NCBI GenBank assembly: GCA_010093605.1
Contig: MU004193.1
Coordinates: 1,371,520-1,435,519 of the forward strand
Reading direction: 5' to 3'
Length of the DNA: 64,000 bases
Source of the DNA: Lophium mytilinum
Taxonomy: Eukaryota
Program-made: the position numbers and the translations under genes
Notes under the pieces: model-generated
Seen by the model: the letters and a program-made list of their open reading frames with translations, nothing else
The model's database searches: none
Told to the model about the DNA's origin: nothing
Shown: one piece after another, positions 40,999-49,803 of the stretch
Layout of the letters: each line of letters opens with the position of its first letter
Numbering within the stretch: the stretch's first letter is position 1

Positions 40999-41980
40999 GC
41001 ACGCAAGGACAGCTTAGTCCTCCTTTTGTTGAGATGATTACCGGATCAAACAGTGTAGAGCTAGATTTGGTAGACGTCGGATGGTTGTAAGCACGCGGCG
41101 TACCCCGGTGTGGTGCCCACGTTGTACCTACTCATCATGAAGACGTGTCTTGCAGTAATGTTAACAAAAGTAACGAATCGAACCGTAAGATCTTCGAAAT
41201 TATAGACGCTGTGTGTATACAATCACCTTGTGTATCTACGCATCGTGCCAATTCCGTGCGCCATGATGGTGTGGAAACATGTTACCAAAAGTAACGAGTC
41301 GAAGCGCACAGGGTTCCAAATCAGAGATCATGCCAATGCACTAAGACCTCATGTTGGAGTATATCTTGTTGTTGATAAGGTACATTATGAAGATGAACCC
41401 GTCACCTTTTGAAGGTATCACCTCCGTGAGACTTGGAAATGGTAACCACAAGCTTCGGCGTTCACTGCGACTGCCTCTTCCGACTTCGGATAACGCTGAG
41501 TATGTGATCGGTATGGCTCGGAAAGGTGGCAGAAAGCAACAAACAAATTTACGGGTTTGCAGATTATCTGTGGGATTCTTAGGGAGTGGCTGACCGGTTT
41601 TGCCTCTTTCAATGTAGCACCGAGATAGGCACAGGATAGTTAGAGGTAACTTGCAGTGTGAGTTCATGTCACCAACCAACCACAGGAGTGGTAACGCAGC
41701 ACGATGTACGATACTACAAAGGTAGTCCCCTCATTAAAAAACTAGCGGAAGTTGCCCTAACCATTTCTGCCAGCAATCTGAGCACTATCTTTTGTTAGTC
41801 GTTGCGCGAATAGCTACCTATACGGGAGCTAGTGGGATACCGCTTGCCCCGCGGCGGCATTCCGCGGTGGCGACTGACTAGAGAAGACCTCGATAGATTG
41901 CCATGCTGGGCGGAGTTCGAAAGCGATAAAGAAATGGAGATTTGAATCTGATCAGTTGAGAAACGCGCTAGAAATTAGAC

Positions 41981-42897
41981 ATGGCTGTCTCCCAGGCTCA
42001 ATCCGACTTCTTCAAAGAACATGGGTATCTCATATTGCATGATGTGCTCTTGAAAGCGGAGGTCAGCGACCTTCAAACCTGGGCACAAGAGGTGCACGAC
42101 TGGCCCAGGGAGGAACATTCGCCTTGGATGCCATACGAGGCATGCATCATCCTTTGAGGTGGATCTCGACACATCCGCTAAATTTGAATAGGAAGTAAAT
42201 GCTCGTGGAGAATCAGTCCTGTGCAGGACTGAAAACTACGCCAATTATCATTCAGGCTTCAACTCGCTGCTTCGCGGACGTAAACTCCTCGACCTACTGG
42301 ATCAAATGGCAGGAGAAGAGATGTTGCTGTTCAAGGAGAAGATCAATTATAAGCTGGCAGGCAGCGGCGGATACTCTCCGCATCTCGACTCGACTGCGTA
42401 TACGCATATTAAGGATATCAAGCATCTGACAATCCTTTTAGCGGTGGATCCGTCGAATTCCATGAATGGCGGTCTTGATGTTGTGGATGGAAGCCACAAT
42501 ATGAATGTCCCGATCAATGAAGATAACCATTGTATCGAGCGGGCATGGGTAGAGAAGCAGACCTGGACGCCCGTAAACTTGGAAGCGGGTGAGTGATCGA
42601 GTAGGCTTGTAAAGTTGTCACGTTAATAGGTCTGAAGGTGAGCTCCTCGTCTTTGGCTCATATCTGGCACACAGGAGCGGCGCCAATACGAGTGGCAATG
42701 ATCGCAAGGCAATATATGCTACGTATAATTGCAAGAGAGAAGGGGACCTTCATGATCGGTATTACGAGGACCGCCGAAAACTCTGGCCTCCTACGCACCT
42801 AAGGCAGGCGGGTGAGATGTATGCAGAAGGCTCGCTGAGATATGGATTTGGTTCCCCGATGCTCTCAATAGGGCTAGGAAAGCAGTTTGTTGTTTGA
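41981..42897 (+). CDS. phnY: PhnY-like Fe(II)/2-oxoglutarate dioxygenase (PhyH family), putative aminoalkylphosphonate hydroxylase
   Basis: Exons 41981-42139, 42192-42588 and 42638-42897. FFKEHGYL, LCRTENY, LFKEKINYKLAGSGGYSPHLD (HxD), FGSYLAHRSGAN (distal His), DRKAIYATYN and YYEDRRKLWPP. Confidence 0.82.
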
Positions 42898-43134
42898 TCC
42901 TTGATGTGCCGTAGTGTCTGGTTCATATACCTTTTCTGGAGAGATACTAAGATGTCGGAATTATACCGCTTTCTTGTCTCAAGTTCCAGAGATAAGTAAC
43001 AGAGATAACTGCACCGTGAGAAGTCAATAACCCTCGACCCTAAGACTTACCTCAGCTTGCCGCCATTTCGCTCCACATAATTCAACAAAGTCCAGGAGGC
43101 CAAATTTTCTACCCCACCAGCATCCCCACCTAGA

Positions 43135-43728
43135 ATGACTCCTACCTCAACGGCCACATATATCCTCACCCTCCTCACCGAACACGGCGAAGCCGACTAC
43201 ATTGGCGAGCCCATCACGCAACTTGCCCACTCCCTCCAATGCGCACACTTTGCTGCCCTCCAATACCCACATGACGACGAATACATCACCGCCGCCCTCC
43301 TCCACGACATCGGCCAATTTCTCCCTGCCTCCACCCTCACCTCTCTCACGACATCCATTGAATCAATGGAGGGAAACGTCGGCCGCGTCGGCCACGAAAC
43401 TTTAGGCGCATCATACCTCCGCTCGCTATCTTTCCCGCCAAGAGTAGTCGCGCTGGTTGCAGCGCATGTGCCAGCCAAGCGGTTCCTTTGTGCGGTCGAG
43501 ACGGAGTATTATGACGCGCTGAGCTCGGCGAGTAAAGCGAGTTTGAGGTTTCAGGGCGGGCCGATGAGCGAGGAAGAGGTACGGGTGTGGAAGGAGGGGG
43601 GGTGGTGGCCGGAGATGTGTCGGTTGAGGAAGTGCGACGACGCGGCGAAGGAGGTGGATCTGGAGGTTGCGGGAGTGGAGGCGTATCGGGGGGTTATTGA
43701 GCGATGTCTAGAGGGTGTAGGCGCGTGA
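43135..43728 (+). CDS. phnZ: PhnZ/TmpB-like HD-domain diiron oxygenase (C-P bond cleaving)
   Basis: Intronless. DYIGEPITQLAHSLQCA, AALLHDIG, GHETLGA, HVPAKRFL, YYDALSSASKASLRFQGGPMS and LRKCDDAAK. Confidence 0.85.
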   Translation: MTPTSTATYILTLLTEHGEADYIGEPITQLAHSLQCAHFAALQYPHDDEYITAALLHDIGQFLPASTLTSLTTSIESMEGNVGRVGHETLGASYLRSLSFPPRVVALVAAHVPAKRFLCAVETEYYDALSSASKASLRFQGGPMSEEEVRVWKEGGWWPEMCRLRKCDDAAKEVDLEVAGVEAYRGVIERCLEGVGA

Positions 43729-44357
43729 TGGAGGAGCATTTGGGCTCGCGGTGGTGAGAATTGGCATTTTTGAGATTTGGAGGAAATATTGAGGCGTTAA
43801 AGGGGTCTACCGAGGGTAGTTCCCAAAAGGGGTGTATTTGGTAACTTTACAACAACCACATGTCTTGCTCAACTTCATCACTACTCCTCTACTATCCGCA
43901 TGCCATCCATACAGTATTTAATCATTAAGTGCCTCGAATACTCTCGGCATTTTAAAGGCGGTTCGATCTATAAACTTGACAGAATCCCAGGCCACCTCAG
44001 TCGGTGGTAGAGAGGTACATACATTGTCCAGACCTCTGATGCTAAGGATTTACCAGTACATTGAACCACCACAAGCAGTGTCGGAAAGTTTAAGGAGTCT
44101 TTCTTCCTAGTACTTACCATACGGCCGTACACATAGCAGCGAAAACCGAAATCCGATCTTCGAGTTTCGAGCAACCCACCTGCCTATTAGGGGCAGGAGC
44201 TGTCCCGCAGCTTACGGCCAAGCTGCATGTCAGCAACTATTTTCTACTCAACTTTGCTAGCTACCTATCTTCATATTCTTTTCCTTTGGCATTTCCTTCG
44301 TCTTCAATTCAATCAATTGGCGTACTACCCTATTGTCCAACACGAAGTCTTTCCATC

Positions 44358-45833
44358 ATGACGCGCCGAAAGCAGGAACAACTAGTCCTGCCCATAGGAA
44401 AACCACCGACAGCTACCGTTCCATTATTGGAAACCGACTTGAACCAATCAACCATTAAAAAGGCCAGTGGTAGCTACATATCATACTACAAATCCTACGA
44501 CTCCTCAGCCTCCCCTACAACTACAAGCCGAGACCTAGACATGCCAGTTTTTGTAAACCCTCTCTTACAAGACCCAACCCTTACCCTCATCACCACCGAC
44601 CTCCTCATCCCCGGCCGTGGCACCCCCACCAAAGCCACCGCCATCATTCTCTCCTCCAAAACCAACAAGATCGTCTTCGTCGGCCCCATCCCCACCCTGC
44701 CCTCAAAATACACCCACCTCCCCTGCACCCACGTCCCCGTCCTCCTCCCCGGCCTCTGGGACTGCCACTGCCACTTCCATGGCGCCAAAACCCTCAACCT
44801 TACCCCCATCGCAACGACCCACCCGGCGACAGCCGGCGCGCGGCTCGCACGCTCAGCCGCCGACACCCTCGCAGCCGGCTTCACCTCCGTGCGCGAACTT
44901 GGCGGGTACGCGCCCGAAATCGCATCCGCAATCGACGACGGCATCATCCCCGGCCCGACCATCTACAGCGCCGGCGCAGCCCTAAGCCAGACCGCCGGCC
45001 ACGGGGACCTGTTCGACCTCCCCGTGGGGTGGGTGTGGCAGTGCCAGGGGGTCGGCGCGGGGATCTCGCCGCTCTGCGTCGCGGACGGGGTGGAGGAGTG
45101 CCGGAAAGCTGTGCGGTTGCAGATTCGGCGCGGTGCCAAGGTTATCAAAGTGCTGGCAAGCGGGGGTGTGTTGAGTATTGCTGATAATCCGTTGTATCAG
45201 CAGTTTTCAGATGAGGAGTTGAAGGTGATTGTGGAGGAGGCGGGGAGGGCGCATCGGGTGGTGGCGGCGCATGTGCATGGGAAGGAGGGGGTTATGGCGG
45301 CGTTGAGGGCGGGGGTGAAGACGTTAGAGCACGGGACGTATCTTGATGAGGAGGCTATGGAAGTCATGAAGGAGAGGGATGTTATTTTGGTGGCGACGCG
45401 GACGATTGTAAAGGAGGCAGTCAAGAACAAGGACTTGATGAGTCCGGAGTCTGCGAAGAAGATGATGGAAGTGATTGAGCAGAGTGATCAGATGTATGCG
45501 GCTGCGATCAAAGTGGGAGTAAAGATCGCGCTGGGAACTGATTTGGGGATTAGTACGCCGGGTCAGGGGCTGAGCCATGGGAACAACGGGGGCGAGTTTG
45601 CGTATGCGGTTGAGTCAGGTATGACACCATTGGAGGCGATTGAGGCGGGGACGGCAAGTGCACCGGAGACGTTGGGGCCTCAGGCGCCGTTGAGTGGGCA
45701 GATTCGGGAGGGGTATGATGCGGATGTTATCGCTGTAGTTGGGAATCCGCTGGAGAATGTCAAGGTCCTTGGAAGTGCAAAGAATATCAGTCATGTGTGG
45801 AAGCGGGGCGAGTTGCTTAAAAGTCCTTCGTAG
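44358..45833 (+). CDS. Metal-dependent amidohydrolase (prolidase-like/Xaa-Pro dipeptidase-like subgroup); start may be 44541
   Basis: LLPGLWDCHCH, AGFTSVRELGG, SQTAGHGD, GAKVIKVLASGG, VAAHVHG, LEHG, IALGTD and GYDADVIAV. Confidence 0.9.
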   Translation: MTRRKQEQLVLPIGKPPTATVPLLETDLNQSTIKKASGSYISYYKSYDSSASPTTTSRDLDMPVFVNPLLQDPTLTLITTDLLIPGRGTPTKATAIILSSKTNKIVFVGPIPTLPSKYTHLPCTHVPVLLPGLWDCHCHFHGAKTLNLTPIATTHPATAGARLARSAADTLAAGFTSVRELGGYAPEIASAIDDGIIPGPTIYSAGAALSQTAGHGDLFDLPVGWVWQCQGVGAGISPLCVADGVEECRKAVRLQIRRGAKVIKVLASGGVLSIADNPLYQQFSDEELKVIVEEAGRAHRVVAAHVHGKEGVMAALRAGVKTLEHGTYLDEEAMEVMKERDVILVATRTIVKEAVKNKDLMSPESAKKMMEVIEQSDQMYAAAIKVGVKIALGTDLGISTPGQGLSHGNNGGEFAYAVESGMTPLEAIEAGTASAPETLGPQAPLSGQIREGYDADVIAVVGNPLENVKVLGSAKNISHVWKRGELLKSPS

Positions 45834-46011
45834 CACATTCGAATTTAGATTGGTAATTCCTCATCGACTGGCCAATTTGGAGAAGAATGATACCCTGTCG
45901 GGTAGCTCGTGATTGAGCAGGATTTGATTGATTTAGATCGAAGTCTTTCAGAAATAGAGAAACCGAAAGCAAACCTATACATCGATTTCATCGCTCACCG
46001 CTCATGCTCGC

Positions 46012-46494
46012 TCACGTCGCGCCATCGTACATCTGTCCCAACGACGGGTCGGCGCTCGAACCCTCTGCTACGTGGCTTCCTGAAGTCGGATCAAGCTCCT
46101 CAAACCGCATCAGATCCATTGGCTTCTCCAACAGCGGCATGACGAAGGGATCGAAAGTCTTCCAGTAGGGGTTCTGCTAAGCATCAGCCTCATCTTCGTC
46201 CTTTCGATCAAGTTCAATTAAGCATTTCACTCGCCTCGAGATGATACTTTTGGCTCTGATGTTGATTAGCATGTAAGTTGACAATGAAAGTGGTGTGATA
46301 CTTACACTCTCCCGCTCATACCGCTCCACGATCGTGAACTTGCGTGGATCAGAGATGTCTTGCATGACATGCCATCCGACCGTCTCCCGATCTCTGCTGT
46401 AGACTTGGCTTGCTTCGGTGAGTTTGAATTGGAGTTTCGAGATGGCGGCGGGGTCGTCTTTGGCGTAGAGGTGGACGACGATTGTGTAGACCAT
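46012..46494 (-). CDS. Small ABM-domain (dimeric alpha-beta barrel) protein
   Basis: MVYTIVVHLYAK...RKFTIVERYERES|SQKYHLE|NPYWKTFDPFVMPLLEKPMDLMRFEEL; includes a 21-nt microexon 46235-46255. Confidence 0.85.
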
Positions 46495-46904
46495 GTTGGG
46501 CGATAATCCGTAATGAAAGGTAGGAAAGAGGAATTCAATTAGATTGAAGGTGAGGTGTTAGAATAAGTTTGATTGATGATGAAGAAGACGAGTCCGTTGT
46601 CGCTGTGACGACATGGCTTGAATTTCGAGAGGAGGCCGTGCTTTCCCCGCATTCTCCTTTCCACGACGTTGATCTCCCGCCGCGTGAATGGAAAGATCGA
46701 TCCAATAGGATTATAGCCATCAGTAAGACCTCCGAAGGAATAGCTTGTAAGAGGAGTCTGTGGGGTAACGCCTTACGACGCACATGCGCCGTCACGTGCC
46801 CCTCCCGAGTCTCCCACAACGGGCACGACTTTCGTCTCTGATTGACATCTCCTATCTATCCATGAAGTTTTTCGAATTGATAAGCAGAAGTATGACTACA
46901 CTTG

Positions 46905-49103
46905 TTATGCAAGATAGATCCATTTTCCCATTGGTTTTTGCGTTTCCCAGGTCAGCTCGCTGAAAGGACTAGTTGGTAGGTTGACTCGGTAAGCCAATCT
47001 ATCTATTCGTTCAATCAACATAGTGCTAACGGACAACGTGCCAAATTCTGTCACCGTCTGGATGATGAGGATGAACTCGAGCATTTCTGGTTGCTTTGCG
47101 CGCTAGTCTTTATCCAGGTAAATTGAGCCGACCTCCGGGTGCGTTGCGTTCGTCCCTACGAGAACCTCATCTTGCAAAGTCTCCTTGGGCATCGCGTGCG
47201 TTATATTAGACGCAAAATCTGAAGTACCAAGAATAGTGTACAGCCCAAATCTACCACTGCCAACGCTGCTATCCACGTCACAGGTCCTGGCGACAGGAAA
47301 ACAAGCGGACGTTGTCCAAAACAGCAAGAGCTGCGGCTGAACTGTGACATGAATAGAGATCAACTCATTTCTGGTAGGGGCATCCTTGAGAATCATGTCT
47401 GACTCTGGTGAGTCTTCCCAAGAGTTTATGGCGACCACTTCACCAAGCCTTATGGCCATGCAAAATTGTATCATACGATACGTGTACGTGCTCTTTCGAC
47501 TTCCATAGAGATCTTCCCGGATATGTGGATCGTCTAGCCAAGAAGTGGATATGGGCTTCCGGTGTTTCCATCCAGCCCAGGACCAGCTAGGGAAGCCTTC
47601 GCGTCGTTCTGGGAGCCTTTTGTCTTCAGTCTGCCAAAGGAGACTTAGACCCAGTTTTGCTTCCGGATGTCCGTAGATGAATTTTCCCAAAGAGGAGTAA
47701 ACAGATCTCAAAGCTCCCGAAATCGCATCAAGGATATCGTTGTCCTTGGAAAGATTGCGTGTGATGTAAGCATTCACCAACTCTGTGTAGTGCCTGAAAC
47801 CATGATGATCCACCGGGCCGCTGAAGGGCCGTAATAGTCGAATTCGCTCTTGAAGTTCGGTGGCGACGGTTTGAGAATGTCTTTCTTCTGGAATAGTGTC
47901 CTCTAATCTCGTATCTTCTCTCCACATAGTCGTTCTACAACAGTAAACAGCTTCTCCGCCTATAAAGAAGAGGAGTCTATGACTCAGCACATATTCCTGC
48001 AGTGTCCAGCCCCTCGAGTACCAAGGGGAGTTCACAATGAAGGGAATGGAATCGTGGCGTGTACTAATGAGCTCCTTGCCATCTATGGAGCTGATATGCT
48101 GCTCGAACGATCTCGATTTTGGACGAACGCCAGGTATTCCAGCATCAGCACTCGAGCCCGAGGCAGCAACGATAGTCAAAATCGCCTGACTATATATTAT
48201 ATCCATGTTGCTGATCTGAATATGCCTGTCGGTGTCATCGTCCTGGATAATGCAAAGCGTGTCTACCCATAAGTACCGTTCTCCTATATTTTGGCACAGA
48301 ATCATGGCATCTTGGATAGTCTTTGGAATTGATTCAGAGAGCTCGTTAAGGCCATTCTTGGTGAATAGGATCATGAAGTTCGTAGTTGTCAACTGGAGCT
48401 GGCTTGCACCACCCCATACATAGCTCAATGCTAAATATCGTACCGGAAATGCGACACTGACGACGCATAAGTCTCGTAGATCGATAAGTCGTATATCAGG
48501 GGACTCTTGGATCGCTGTTTGGATCGCTGTGGTTTTGTGCACTTGACATGAAGGGTGGCATCTTTCGCATATCGAGAGCCAGTTAGAAACAAGTTACGTG
48601 TCTACTTGTTCCGTATTGACTCTGCGACCGTAGAACAAATCGTCGTCAGAACTGCGATATGGATCTCCAGATGCATTGAATTGGATGCAATGGGTATATG
48701 CAAGCTCTTTTGCCTTTCGATTGGGCGAATGATGGCAAAACAAGAAGGGATCCTCGTCCTCCTTGAGCCCTATGATCCAAAGTCGTCGGCCATACTTTTC
48801 AGCGATTGATGCAAGCCCTCCGCTCAAGCCGCGATGGACAGCAAACACTTCGAAATAACCCTGTATGATGGTGTCCTCAGATGTTATCGTATGCCGGTTT
48901 AATTTCAAAACTCTGCTCAGAAGGCAGCAGAAGCGGCATTGATGATTGGCCTCTACCGTCTGTAGGTCCCAGCTCAACACGAGGAGATCGTTTCGTAGTT
49001 GGGAATAGTTTGCTGTGTGCTGAAAGAGAGACTGAAAGTCCAAGGTCTCGCAGGTTGAACAGGGCTGGTTCGGTCCCGGAACAAGAGCGGCATCTTGATC
49101 CAT
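46905..49103 (-). pseudogene. HET-domain gene with two in-frame premature stops
   Basis: One continuous frame from MDQDAAL (49103) to WIYLA* (46905), interrupted by TAA at 48594-48596 (VDT*LVSNWLSICERCH) and TAG at 47103-47105 (IYLDKD*RAKQPEMLEFIL). Motifs YLALSYVWG, YLWVDTLCIIQDD, RGWTLQE and FPSWSWAGW. Confidence 0.85.
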
Positions 49104-49469
49104 GGCGCTGTGTGATGATATGTCGAGTCTTGGGCATCTACTCCAAACGAAGTTCCAGTGTATGTTCAAAGTGTTACTTGCCGACGATTTTAATCTTTGA
49201 GGATTGTAGGAGTATCAGTGATGGCTGCCTTGCCGGCGAGGCTATCCTCTCTCAGAGTCGGCTAGAGTTGCTTCTACAGGACGCCCAGGGCACCGGCAAG
49301 GTTTTTATACATCTTCATCCATTCGGAGTGCTTTGTGTGTAGCTTTCTAATCACACAATCTCCATTCTTCCACACTAATTGTGAACGTATCCACAGGCTG
49401 CAAAATCATTCCTAAAACTCACATCCTCAATCATCCAGCCAAAGGCCCATGCAGAGAAGTCATTAAAGA

Positions 49470-49640
49470 TGTTTCCTAGCATCTAGTCTTTCTATAAACT
49501 AGTCTTTAAGATTTACCTCATGATAACGCGATTACTTATCTCTATTCACTGAGAGTATAGGGGTTTCCAGAATTACTTTCGGTCCTGGTTTCTAGTAGGC
49601 TTCTAGTCTAGACTACTAATAGAAGTGTAAACTTATCACT
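49470..49640. other. Short AT/TpA-rich patch, possible RIP-degenerated repeat remnant
   Basis: Dense CTAG/TATA/TAA words (ctagcatctagtc, tctataaactagtc, tctagtaggcttctagtctagactactaatag) in an otherwise roughly 50% GC neighbourhood. Confidence 0.45.
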
Positions 49641-49803
49641 GTCGCTGCTGCTACCTAAGTCACAGATTCTGACGACAAGGAAGTGAGCAGAAGTCGTCCA
49701 ATATGCTAAAACCCGGGCCCAAGATCTCTGGAAGAGTTGTTCATTAGTTCATTTCGGCTTGATAACCGTTTATCACGACTCTAGTAGATCAAATGGGGCC
49801 TGC

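Noticed and set aside
42985..43010. Two AGATAA (GATA-factor-like) words upstream of phnZ
   Set aside because: Six-mers this short occur often by chance, and there is no conservation evidence.
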